A stretch of 64,000 nt of DNA from Azolla caroliniana. Lineage: Eukaryota; Plantae; Polypodiophyta. The stretch covers positions 34,720,001 to 34,784,000 of the forward strand of contig JBHGNT010000001.1 of NCBI GenBank assembly GCA_043228905.1, given 5' to 3'. A program made the translations under genes and the position numbers. Below the pieces are notes generated by a model, which saw only the letters and a program-made list of their open reading frames with translations, made no database searches and was not told where the DNA came from. Positions within the stretch are counted from its first letter, which is position 1. The number at the start of each line of letters is the position of its first letter. Positions 13,331-25,930 of this stretch are shown here, piece after piece.

Positions 13331-13975
13331 GTAAAGTCTCTCTCTCTCTCTCTCTCTCTCTCATGAAAGCACCCAATTATATTAATAAACATGCTTAAAA
13401 AAACTCTCCAATTGTACTACAACTAAGTCATGCCACCATTGTGTGGGTGGTGGGACATGTTGAATCACCGGGAGGCAAGACAAACACTCCCCTAATATGC
13501 AAATCAATATTATACTTTGGAATTGCTACTAAATAAACCCATAATTGGGCTGGTGGATAGTAATTGTTGTACTTCAAGAATTCCCAAATTCTCTGAGGTC
13601 GAGCCTGAACTATATCTCCTACCTTTTCAATCTCCCAACAAAACAAGCGATTAAACAAATAGCACAAACTCTCTCTCTCTCCACAATATCTTTTTTTTTT
13701 CCCAAAAAAATCTCTCCACAATATCTATCCCCCCCCCCAATAAAAAGAAAAAAACATTTACGTTCCTCAACAATTTCAATTATGCATACGATCAAATGTC
13801 ATTGATAATTCATCAACCTCTTTATTGTGAACACACACACACACACAAAATCATAGTGGAATTGTTACCCTACCATATATGTGCATGCTTCATCAAATTC
13901 CTTCCTTTGTGAGAACTTTTTACATTGGAGATATGTTGAAAGAGAGGTTTTGAAATTCCCAAAAAGTAAAAAAAA

Positions 13976-14287
13976 GGGAAAAGTACCAGGATAACCCTAG
14001 AAGTTCGTATATTTACCAGAATGCCCCAGGAAGTTCCAAATTTACCAAACTACCCCTATGTCCAAAAAATTACACTTTATAAAGTAATTATACACTCAAA
14101 TATTTGGTAAATAGGGCTAGTTCGGATCCATTTCTTCCATATTTGGTAAATAGTGCTTGTAGATTTGAGTGTATAATTACTTTATAATGTATAATTTTTT
14201 GGACATAGGGGTAGTTTGGTAATTTGGAACTTCCAGGGGCATTCAGGTAAATAGACGAACTTCCAGGGGTATCCTGGTACTTTTCCC
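13976..14287. mobile_element. Mutator-like non-autonomous TIR element (MITE, 312 bp)
   Basis: TIRs of ~125 bp (gggaaaagtaccaggata...tatcctggtacttttccc). The flanks taaaaaaaa/taaaaaatg form a degenerate 9-bp TSD. The TIR is the same as in 30353-31424. Confidence 0.88.
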
Positions 14288-16697
14288 TAAAAAATGGATA
14301 GTGTAGGAGAGGAGTGTTTTCTTGCCCTTGATGATTTTTTATTGTAATATCTCACATTACCCAAGGCCAAATAACCCTATTGTCGAGTTGGGTAAGCATA
14401 AGCACATCATGGCCCAACTATAACGTTGATTTAAAGTGAAGTATAAGGACAAGTTGAGATGTATCATAACCTTGAGGGATATTTTATGTGAGTGTGTCTA
14501 CGAGAAAACACATACGATGAGTGTATTGTAAATGTGGCATCATGATGGAAATATAATATATACACACATGAGATAATCAACACATGTTTAACAAAGGACA
14601 AACAATGGTTCTTTGTTAAACAAGTGGGGCAACATACTGTCAACTACTAGTGAGCCCCATAAGCCCCAACTTCACTACACACTATCAAAGAAAAGGGAAA
14701 AGCAACCAACATTTGGGTGTTGCTTAATACATTGGCGGGGTGGCGTGACAAAGCCACTCAAGGGATGTCAGTGGGCTACATCTCATCGAAAATGAACGTT
14801 TATTTATTTATTTGATGGGTTGGCCAAAGACAATAAAATGAAATCACGTTACTAAATTAGGTTCATTTGGCCAACAAATAACATGGAAAGATGCCTTTAC
14901 AATATGACCATAGTTATCTTTATTTAATGTTGAGGGCAATAGCCTATGTGTAAGAATCCATAAGTAAATCATTTGTACGATGATACCATGATAAACAACC
15001 TTAGAGATGCACATTGTTTTGTTTGTTCAACACATTCGCCAAATAGGCATGTAATGATATTGGACCATTGTTTTTTACTACTCAAGAACATAAAAACCAA
15101 CCATGAGGTTGTAGTCCAATTTCTCCATCCACCTTGCAAGATAGTATCGTTAGATTCCCATGTTGTCAACTACAATGGAATATAAAAAAGCAAAATACTA
15201 TGTTCAGTCTCCAATAATTCATGTGGTTTGATCAAGCCAGTTGAGTTTTGTTAGTTACGCAACTCCAACTTGGGTCTTGTTACCCCTTGGACACATAAAG
15301 TAAATTTAGGTAGTCGACCGCTACACAACAACGAGAAACAATCTAGAAGACACTGATTCAAGTTGGACAAGTAGTGGCTTGGGCAAGCTTCGAGGGCCAA
15401 GCGACCCTACCATCTTGAGTACTAGAAAAGATCAAGTAAAACCAAGTTGAATGTTGTCAACCGCCAAAGAACACAAAAAAACATGAAATTGTATATTAGA
15501 ATGGCTACTTTCATATATGAAGGTGCATATATTACATGTACAAAAATGCATTACATAAAGATAATAAGAATGACTATGCTATACTACTAGTATGTAAATT
15601 GTAAATACAAACATACAAACGAAACATTGTGCATCATACACACCATACATACAAAGAACACAAAGTGCATCATATATCAATGCATGATGTATCGATATAC
15701 ATGCACACACACACTACTATATATGTGCCGACACATGATACATTAGATATCAAAGGGACTAACTGATGACGGTATGTGCACATTGCACATAATCAAAACA
15801 AGAATCCACGATCGGTCATATATACGACAAGAATGAACACCCGATTTTCCATCATCGAACAAACGGTGTCTACTGAATACTCCCGTGCAATCCTAATTCA
15901 GAAAACTTCTAGAGATATCCTCAGGGAGGGAGAGACATTAATAGCATTACCATATGATAGATCTAGATCCGGGGACAATACAACGGGTAAGAGAGAGGAG
16001 CACATGATACATGAGATACACAAGAAAAGCGAGAGCTCGGAAACAACAACGGACAATAGAGAGGGAGGGAGGCAGGTGGCAGAATAGGTACCGGGAATGA
16101 TTACCCGAAACATGGAAGTACGTACGTGATGGAGAGGCAAGAGATACATAGTAGTCATACTACAAGGGGGGGCGACTGTTTTTCGGGCGGACGAGAGGAG
16201 AGAGAGAGAGAGGTTAAGCAATTAAAAGCGCCATAGCCAAGAGTGGATTAGGTGAGAGTGGTGTGGTTACAGAAAGAGAATGAGAAGGAGAAGAAGAATG
16301 GAGGATGGAGAATGGAGGATGGAGAAAGGAGAATGGAGAATGGAGAATGAAAGGTGAGCCACAAACAAACAAAAAAACAAAACAAACAAAATACATAATT
16401 ATCACCCAACAAATAAAAAGACAAAAAAAAAAAACATTCTCCCCTGTCCATCCTTCCATCCATTCCTTCTCCTTCTCCATCTCCTTCTCTTTTCTTCATT
16501 CTCTGCCTTTGCCTTTGCCTTTGGCCTTTTGCTTCTTCTGTCTCTTCTTCTTCTTCTTCTTCCTTCCTTCATCCCTCCATTTCTTCTATTCATTCATATA
16601 TTCATTCACTGCCTCTCCTTCTCCCTCCCTCTGCCTTATCGTATATGTGCGAATTAAGCTCCTCCTCCTCCGTCTCCTCTGCGTTTCCTTCCTCCTC

Positions 16698-16712
16698 ATG
16701 AAGGCTCTCCAG

Positions 16713-16806
<94 letters not shown>

Positions 16807-19800
16807 CTAAATGCGAGAAAACCTCAGGATCGCTTCATTAAACTCTATTAGGCCGAGTTTTAGTGTTAGGTTTAGTTTTAGGGCCGCCTTTTTAGTCCTA
16901 AGATTAGGGTTTCCCCCTTTCTTCTCAGAACTATCGTCTAGTTGTTATTTCTCCAAATTTTGGGTTATGAACTTTTCCTTCCTCTTTTTTTTTTTTCTCT
17001 TTGAATCAGAGATCTAGATTCTAGAACCGTTTCTTGTCTGCCCCTTTCTCTTCTTGTAATCGATTTGTTTGAATGAGTTAAAAAATGAGCTAAATAAACA
17101 AAATGTATCTATCCTACACCAATAAAAGGATATTCTCTGTTGTCACCTGATCGCGATATAGCTCCACCTTCTTGCTGATCGTAGCTTTTTGCTCCTCTTT
17201 CATTTCCTTTAAATCGAATCTCCGGCAGAGTTACATAGCTAAAAATTGGAAGTTGAATATGAAAATAAGCTCTGTTTGGATCTCATCACGCAATACCTAT
17301 GTATCATCGGCGTCATCATCATCATCATCATCTTCATCTTCATCTTCATTTGCAGGGAGCGGGGGACCTTCATTATCACCAGATTTGTTGTCATCATTGG
17401 ATTCTTCTTCTTCTTCTTCTTCTTTTGATCCAGACATGTTCAGTCAGTGCAGATACCTCGGGTGATATGTCCATGGGGGAGGAAGCTATGAAGGAGAAGA
17501 AGTCTTGGTCTTGTCCCTCCATGGACATGGATTTGCTGTGCAACACTGTGGAGGTAGGAGCCATGTTCCCGAGGCCACACTCGGTGTCAATTGTGGAGTT
17601 TGGAGCAATCGGCGATGGGATTACCCTCAACACCCATGCCTTCCAGAATGCCATCTTTTACCTCCATTCCTTTGCAGATAAAGGAGGAGCTCAGCTGTAT
17701 GTGCCCTCTGGAAGATGGCTCACGGGAAGCTTCAACCTCACTAGCCATCTCACCTTGTTTCTTGAGAGAGATGCGTTCATACTTGGATCACAGGTAGCAT
17801 ATATACACATATCTCTGTATATTATGTGTATATATATGTTTTGTATATGCATGTATAGATGTGTATATGTTTTGTATGGCATATGTATGTCTGTATTTTA
17901 TTTTCTGAATATATACACACTTGTCTTGTTGTTTTCCTTCAGTTATCCATTTTGCTTCTTTGATAGCTTTGGACAGTTGAGAAATTCTTGTTTGCTTATT
18001 TGATCGTATGCAGTGGCTGAAGAAATTATGCATTTATTATGGGGAAAAGTAGCATGTGGGAAATATACTGAATCTTGATATTCAAATTGCTGGGAAATAC
18101 TGTCATGGAAAAAAGAACGAGAGATTAAAGAGTGCCTTCAAAGATGGCTAAGAAGTATCTGCTTAGCATGTAGAAAAAATGAGAGGTTAATATTTCTAAA
18201 AATCAAATCTTCATCTTCAGATAGCTGTCTGTAGTTGATTCAGCAAGCTGTGAATTTGGAGAAAGTAATGAGAAATTAAAGCTTGCAGAATCAAACTTGA
18301 TGCAGTAAGCTATCTGTAGTTGAATGGTGGGCGCTTTAAAACAAAGAAACCCATGTGTATATTCTGAAGGGTTACATTGAATTTAACAATAATTTGTATA
18401 CCAGCTACCCACTTATGTCTTTTAATGTGTATAATGCATGGTTGTGTGCTCTTTTAACAGAATCATACTTGGCTATTATATAATGTATGCTCGTTGAACC
18501 ATTATTCAGATATCCAAGCATTTAGTAAATATTCAAGAATGAAGAAACTGCTATAGGTTAAATAGTACATTTTTGAATTCTGTTTCTCTCCCAAATCTTC
18601 AGGACCCAAAGCTATGGCCAGTCATCAATCCGTTGCCTTCATATGGACGAGGAAGAGAACTCCCTGGTGGAAGGCACATGGGCCTCATCTATGGGCGAAA
18701 TCTTACTGATGTGATCATCACAGGTTTCTTTCTTATAAATGCTAAAAAAGCTATAATTTTTCTTTCTTCTTGCATACTAGAGAAGGTATGTGTATGTGTA
18801 CTTAGATTACCGAGTTGTATATGTAACAATTGTGAATCTTTAGGTGATAATGGAACAGTGGATGGTCAAGGTGATGTATGGTGGGAAATGCACCGAAATA
18901 AGAGTTTGGACTATACTCGTGGCCCCCTCGTAGAACTTATAGATTCGACAGATATCATAATCTCAAACCTTACATTCAAGAACTCACCATTTTGGAATAT
19001 ACACCCTGTGTATTGCAGGTTGGTCCCTTAATCTTATGTGTAGATATGTTAGTGTTTATATGGAGTTTTGCATACATGTATATACATCATCTCATTTTCC
19101 TATGAAGATATGATGGCATTATGTGTTTGCAGAAATGTCCTAATCCAGAATCTTACTATTCTGGCTCCACGTGAATCGCCGAACACTGATGGAATTGATC
19201 CGGGTAAGAAGTAGTTTTTAAAGGTTTAGAATTGTCATATTATCTCTCCTAACATATCCACTGGGGTTTTGGCACTATATGTGAAAAAATGCTGGCATTT
19301 AAGGGAAAATTCCATGCCTATGGAAGGATCTTGATTCTCGTCAATCAATGAATGCTTCTTTCTATTGAGAAGAGAATGAATAGTCTTATCATCTCATAAT
19401 CTTGTGCTTTTTTTTTCTTTATCATGCAGATTCGAGTTCCAAGGTATGCATTAGAGATTGCTTCATTAGTGTTGGTGATGATTTAATATCGATCAAGAGC
19501 GGTTGGGATGAATATGGTATTGCCTACGGTCGCCCAAGCTCGGACATTGTGATCCAGAACATTGCTGGGAGCACACGAGCGAGCTCAGGGATTGCTATTG
19601 GCAGTGAGATGTCCGGAGGCATTTCAAATGTCTATGTAAACAACATGGTAGTTACTCATGCACATGCTGGAATACGCATCAAAACTGCAAGAGGGAGGGG
19701 TGGATATGTAAAAGATGTCTACATTTCTGACATCGTTATATCAAATGCTGATGTTGCGATTGAGCTCACGAGCTTGTATGGAGAGCACCCAGATAGCTAC

Positions 19801-20106
19801 TATGATCCTGATGCCCTGCCAGATGTGGAAGGGATAGTGATTGAGAACATAATGGCTTCAAATGTTACAAGAGCGGGCAATTTTCAAGGTCTCGCAGAGC
19901 TCCCTTTCCGGGATATATATCTCTCAAATGTGTTTATAAACGTCACGTCATCACGCCTAATGTGGAATTGCTCTTATGTGGTGGGCTATTCGGAATCGGT
20001 CTTCCCTGAACCTTGTCCTGAACTCGAGCAAGACCCATTGAACATTCTTCATCCATGTCCGATTAATAATGATGACGACAGTAAAAGCAACTACGGTGAG
20101 CTCTAG
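16698..20106 (+). CDS. Polygalacturonase / pectin lyase-like protein (GH28, His-less clade E type), 6 exons, ~498 aa, predicted signal peptide
   Basis: Exons 16698-16712 (MKALQ), 17356-17793, 18603-18723, 18844-19018, 19133-19203, 19430-20106 (1497 nt, in frame). GH28 motifs SPNTDG, GDD and RIKT are present, and GIAIGS replaces the GHG motif. A hydrophobic ILLLLLLLLI segment lies near the N-terminus. Exon 1 is inferred; the alternative start is the ATG at 17299. Confidence 0.9.
16717..16802. repeat. Compound (CA)n(CT)n microsatellite directly after the polygalacturonase exon-1 donor
   Basis: Directly visible. Confidence 0.95.
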
Positions 20107-22597
20107 CAAATCGAGGAATGGGATGAAGTGATAAAAAAAAACGACTTTATTTTGAGTTAGAATGGAATGATGAAAGTTCACACATCTTTCGGCATTATAT
20201 TGTTATTGGTTGGAACTTGTGTGGGAGGAGACTTCGAAAAAATAGGTGAACGAAGGAGAAGGAATTCATCTTCCCGATATATCTCTCTACAGAACTATGT
20301 GGGTCTCATTTGTTCCTGGCAGATTCTTGGAGATTGATTCTATTTTAAAAAGATAGGCATATATTTCTCTCTATCTACACACTGATGTATAAACAAAAGA
20401 AAACACACAATACACAACAAAATGGGTTTACATTCATTTTGTGATCATCATTGCCATTGCCATTTAAGGGGGCTTTGTGACATAATTCGTCTCTTTAAGA
20501 GAGATACACCATTATTCATTCAATAGCAGAGGTTTTTGTTTTTTTCTTCATTCAATTAATGAGAATGTTTCATTGTACTAAGTGACATTTCATCTTCTTT
20601 TGGATTTTTTCTTTCATGAGATACAAAAATAATGTTATTATTATGCCCTGTGCACCGCCTTGGTAAATGAATAAAAGAAAAAGGCTCTGCTTTGAATCCT
20701 GTAATCTTTCTCTTTAGTTTTCATATAACGAAGTCCCATGTAAAAAGAATTTCTTCTCATAACTACAAAGATTTTAGTTTATTGAGCTTGTGAATGTTAT
20801 TATGTATTAATTTTTTATGGCATTATTTCTGGAACGATGACTTCATATTTGGCCAAATGATAAAAGACTGCATGTACTTACGAGTAGGCCAACCACTTTA
20901 TATTGTTTATTGTTAGGCATACATTTTGTGCATGGACAGATGTTGATCTAAATTTTGCGGGGGTGACATAAAACATGTGTTATATATATATATATAATCT
21001 CTTCTGCTATTTAATGAAATAGGGATGCCTTTGCAATTCTTGAGTTAAATCAAATGTATGAATATGCAGCATTGCAAGCAATCACCGGAAATGTTTAGCT
21101 TGATCCAAATTTGTACATTATTATCCCTAAAAGTTTTGGAGTAAAAAGAGTTGCTTATGAAGACAAAGACAAAGGAACTGTATATAAAGTATGCGCTCAT
21201 GATTTACATTTTCTTCTTTATAAAATGTGTAATCTTGAAAGAGTGGCATTCGGCAAACACAAATATCATGAGCTTATTATCGCAAGTGTTTCACTACCTT
21301 TCAGAAAGTTCAATCTTGGAAAAGAAGGGGGACCTGAAAATCATGGAGTGAGCATGAAAATAAGGGTATGCTTCTTTCATTGTTCAAGAAAAAGTAGTTA
21401 TAACCAATTGGCCTTCTTCTCAATTTTCATAGAGGTAATTATTTGCAACACTATTAACACCGTGCTTTATTATTTTCAAAGTTTCTATATTATTATATCT
21501 CAATTTGATGGCCACTATTTCCAGCAAATAAAATTCTTGTCACCCACTCATTTTTGAGCAATTGTATGGGATGTAAATACTCCTTATTGCTCGATTAGGG
21601 TTTGGTTGTGGGACTATAGCTATTCATGGTTTGAAGTTTGTTTTAAAAATTAAGAAACTATATTAGAATAAGGTGGAGCTACAATATATGGGCTATTTGG
21701 ATATTAGGAAATGCCACTATGTAGCCACTAACTACAACGGAAACTCATTGACATTCACAAAGAAGTGAAGGTGTATACACAATATTAATGACTAAACTTG
21801 TAAATTTGTAATTATGAAATTCAACCCTAATTCACAATTCACACTCTTACAAATAAGTTGTATAACTATCATCATGCAGATTTGGTATTTTCTCGATGTG
21901 TCATTAACTTTCTATTTGAATCATGTTTACATGAGATCATTTGAGCTCTAGAATATCCTCATATTCTTATCTCGATTGAGCATGTAAAACATAGAAACAC
22001 GCTTATCTATATGTAAAATGTGGTCAATATCACCTTTGGCTATAAATACCACCTAATGGGTCTCAAAGAGAACAATTTAAGGTTGATTATTCCCAATCAA
22101 ATTATTCTTGCTTGTTTACTTTTGTGTTGAACACTTTTGTCCCCCAATAGCTACGTTATAAAAACATTAAAGTTTGTACATGACTTCCTTTGTAAACATG
22201 GCAAGAATAGAACTAAGATTTGAAGGAATTAATGATATATAATAATCTTAACAATCATCCAATTGACAAAACCACTCTCCACGTCTCAATGACCATTTTG
22301 TACACGACCTTTGAGATATGTGTGTATTACTTAAATATGCGTGTATCACACACAACATGACAATAATATTATTATTGTCATGTTTTGCAGGAGTAGAAAT
22401 GTGTCGTCCCCAAGATGTTACTACCTGAATTACACTTCTTGGCGTTCTCTCACATTGAGGCCATGTTGGGGGATTTGTGCTGCTTCGAGCAAATTAACAT
22501 ACAATAACAAAAAATTAATAAAACTAACTAAAAAAACTGAAATGACCATAGTGATTAGTGGCGTCTTACATGGAGACAACTCAAAGTCCACATATCT

Positions 22598-23023
22598 TGT
22601 TGATTGGTGGAAACACAACTTCACACCTTATTCCAAATATGTTGTTTTAGGAGTAGTATGATGAATTGTTGTCTAAGTGGTTTTGTAGGATGTTACTCCT
22701 TTGTAACATGGGTCAGATATCCTTCACCAAAGGTAGTGGTCGGAAAAATGGTAGTGAACCGCAACGAGTCAATGGTTGAATCAAATATTGCCGAATCAGC
22801 TAGTAACAACACCAAACTTATTCTGTATAATCAAATTACAACACAGACACTGTATATTCAATAAATATATGTCTAGTAAGCATCCCTTTTACAATGAACA
22901 TGCTCCCTTTATATAGGAAAGTGTGGAAGTTACAAATTACAATGTCATCCGACAAACCATTGGACATACCTTTTTGGATCTAGAAATTACAATGTCATTG
23001 GACACACTGTTCCGGATCTAATA
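22598..23023 (-). mobile_element. Possible degenerate solo LTR
   Basis: A tgttg start, a cccttttatatagg TATA-like core, an internal duplication (aaattacaatgtcat) and a ggatctaata end. The termini and TSD are not clean. Confidence 0.3.
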
Positions 23024-23720
23024 TTATCTATTTACATTAAATCTACATATTTAGGCAATGCATAATTATTTTGGCCTTTGGCCCTTTCACACTTCTTTTT
23101 GGCCTTTGGCTTACCCCTATGGGCAACATAGGACATATCTATTGCTCCTATTATCATTATTGCACTAATTTGTGTAGGTTTTTGTGATTTTAGTGAGATT
23201 GTCAAATCATCTTGTATGCCTTGGGCGCTTATAGAAAGCTCAACCGATAATTTGTAGTACTTACAACATTCCTTGGTAGCAGCAACAAACACTATATACA
23301 AGATTCTCCCATTTAAGTATTGTGACACATGTCTCCCTTGTCAGGTTTTTTTACCTAGTAGTTTTGGTAAATATCATACCCTATTTAGGGTGAGAGTGGT
23401 TCTCGCGCACCCTTCAACATGACTAATGAAGTGATCAAGTCATTTAGTCGAGGCTCTCAATTCTTACAACTTTACTATTTACTATCATTGCTAAGATGAT
23501 TGAAAACACAATAAGGCGAGAACTTACCTTATGTTTTTAAGGTTAACTAAAAAAATACACAATCCACGTGAATGCAAGAAATCCAAAAGCAAACTCCCAT
23601 GACAATACAAGAGGTGCCAACTTCAATCAAGGCAAGGGGCCCCTAATTACTTAAGGTTATAACTTTTCCTTACTTTAAAGTATCAAGGCTAAGGGATTAG
23701 AGAGAGAGAGAGAGAGAGAG

Positions 23721-24243
<523 letters not shown>

Positions 24244-25093
24244 TGTCAAGTTCCATAAAGTGTGTTACTTCTTTACAATTTTAGTGCTATCGCCTTTGCC
24301 CCCATTCACGTTATGGAGAAACGAGACCCTTATCCTAGTATGTTCAAGTTCTCTCTTGTTGTTACCTTGGATGAATGTTGGTATGGCAAGAAAAGGGGTA
24401 AGAAGTGGAGCGTTTGGCCAAAAAAGTTAACACTTGGCATGGAGATCTCTTTTCTCTAGTTTAATTATTCCGATTAGTTTAGCATCTATTCTACTCTACA
24501 TGTTGACAAAAGGAAGAAGAAGAAGAAGAAACGGATTGTTGCAATGTCACTATGTTGGTTTGAAGGGGAGGTTTATATAACCATGGAAGCATTTCCTTCA
24601 CTTTTTAGTCTCGAAATGGTTTTTGAGGTTCAGGTTTATCAAGTGCATGATTGATGGGGCCGGACCAAACCAAACTAGGCAAGGCAAGGAATGACCTGAT
24701 GGATGGATGATTCCAATGAGTATCGGGCCTCGTCGGACGTAGGGCATCATGATTACGTGGAAGAACCCTAACTTCTCGTAAGTCTGGGGAATTTCAGGAC
24801 ACCGGATCGAGACGGCAGCAAAACCCAATGCCTACACTTTCTTCTTTCTTCTTATTCTTCGTCGGCCATTCATTATGTATGTATGTACATATGGTACAGT
24901 GTAGTGAGAATGTCATCCTCTTCATTTTGGTATTATGTATGTATGTATGTATGTATGTATGTATGTATGTATTTATTTGGTGTCTGTCTGCAGTGCACCA
25001 CACATGTGAAACAGAGAAGGGGCAGGAAGCGTCATTCAATCACACATACACGCACAGAGAAAGCCTACAATCTTGGAGGATTTGGTTTCAATC

Positions 25094-25930
25094 ATGGAGA
25101 CTCGCACAGCCATGGACATTCGCGTTTCTTCTTCTTCGTCACCATCATCATCATCATCATCTTCTTCTTCCATATCTCAAAATGTTCCTTTGCAGAGTTC
25201 TTGCCCTATCTGTTTAAGCAGTGTTTCAGGCGAAGCTTTTTTGGATCCGTGTTTTCATTCCTTCTGCTTCCATTGCATCCTTCAGTGGTCGGAGATGGTA
25301 TCTGCTCATCCTTCTCTGGAAGGAGACACATATCTCGAATGCCCTCTCTGCAAAACGCGTAGTTCTTGCATCATATACAACATCGTTCATAACACGTTCC
25401 AACGTTTCTACCTCTTCGAACATCACAATAGCTCTGCAAAGCACCGCTTTTCTCTGTCTAGGTCTCACTATCAGAGATTGCACGTTTATCATCATAAGCT
25501 TCACAAGGCCATGGCAGATGCAATCTATCAGAGTTTGGAGAAAAGAGAGAAGATGAACCATCCGTTTCTCTCAGAAACGGAACAGACAAAAAAGGAGACG
25601 AAAAAGGGAAGAAATCGCTTCCCATCGCTGAAGAATAGGAATGTGATTCTGCCATGGATACAGAGAGAGTTTCAATCTCTCTTACAAGAAGAAGATGTGA
25701 ATCTCATCACACAGCATGTTATAGGTGTTTTGGAACACTTTGAAGGCAAGAATGTGTTGAATGCTTGGAAATCTTCCATGGCAGAAACAGTTCAGCCCTT
25801 CATTCCTGAGTATGCTGATGCTTTCTGTGAAGAAATAGAGAGTTTTCTCTTCTCTGGTCTGAACATGGAAGGTTATGATGAAATAGCGAAACAGGTTGTG
25901 GAAACACACACGTTCGGAAGTTGTCAGTGA
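25094..25930 (+). CDS. C3HC4 RING-finger E3 ubiquitin ligase, TOPORS-like, single coding exon (278 aa)
   Basis: RING-HC motif CPICLSSVSGEAFLDPCFHSFCFHCILQW...CPLCK. The C-terminal PWIQREFQSLLQEEDVNLITQHVIG...PFI..YADAFCEEIESFL.SGLNMEGYD block is typical of plant Topors-like proteins. The first ATG is at 25094; the ORF-track start is a TTG. Confidence 0.88.
   Translation: METRTAMDIRVSSSSSPSSSSSSSSSISQNVPLQSSCPICLSSVSGEAFLDPCFHSFCFHCILQWSEMVSAHPSLEGDTYLECPLCKTRSSCIIYNIVHNTFQRFYLFEHHNSSAKHRFSLSRSHYQRLHVYHHKLHKAMADAIYQSLEKREKMNHPFLSETEQTKKETKKGRNRFPSLKNRNVILPWIQREFQSLLQEEDVNLITQHVIGVLEHFEGKNVLNAWKSSMAETVQPFIPEYADAFCEEIESFLFSGLNMEGYDEIAKQVVETHTFGSCQ

Noticed and set aside
15776-16841. ORFs of 80-178 aa upstream of the polygalacturonase
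   Set aside because: They are low-complexity purine/pyrimidine tracts and 7-bp ATGGAGA repeats with no protein features.
17299-17355. Poly-His N-terminus of the polygalacturonase as a metal-binding tag
   Set aside because: It is better explained as the (CAT)n/pyrimidine tract of intron 1 ending in a strong acceptor. Kept only as an alternative isoform.
24640-24705. Possible C/D-box snoRNA (atgatt...ctga) upstream of the RING gene
   Set aside because: Box C is imperfect, and there is no terminal stem or recognisable rRNA antisense element.
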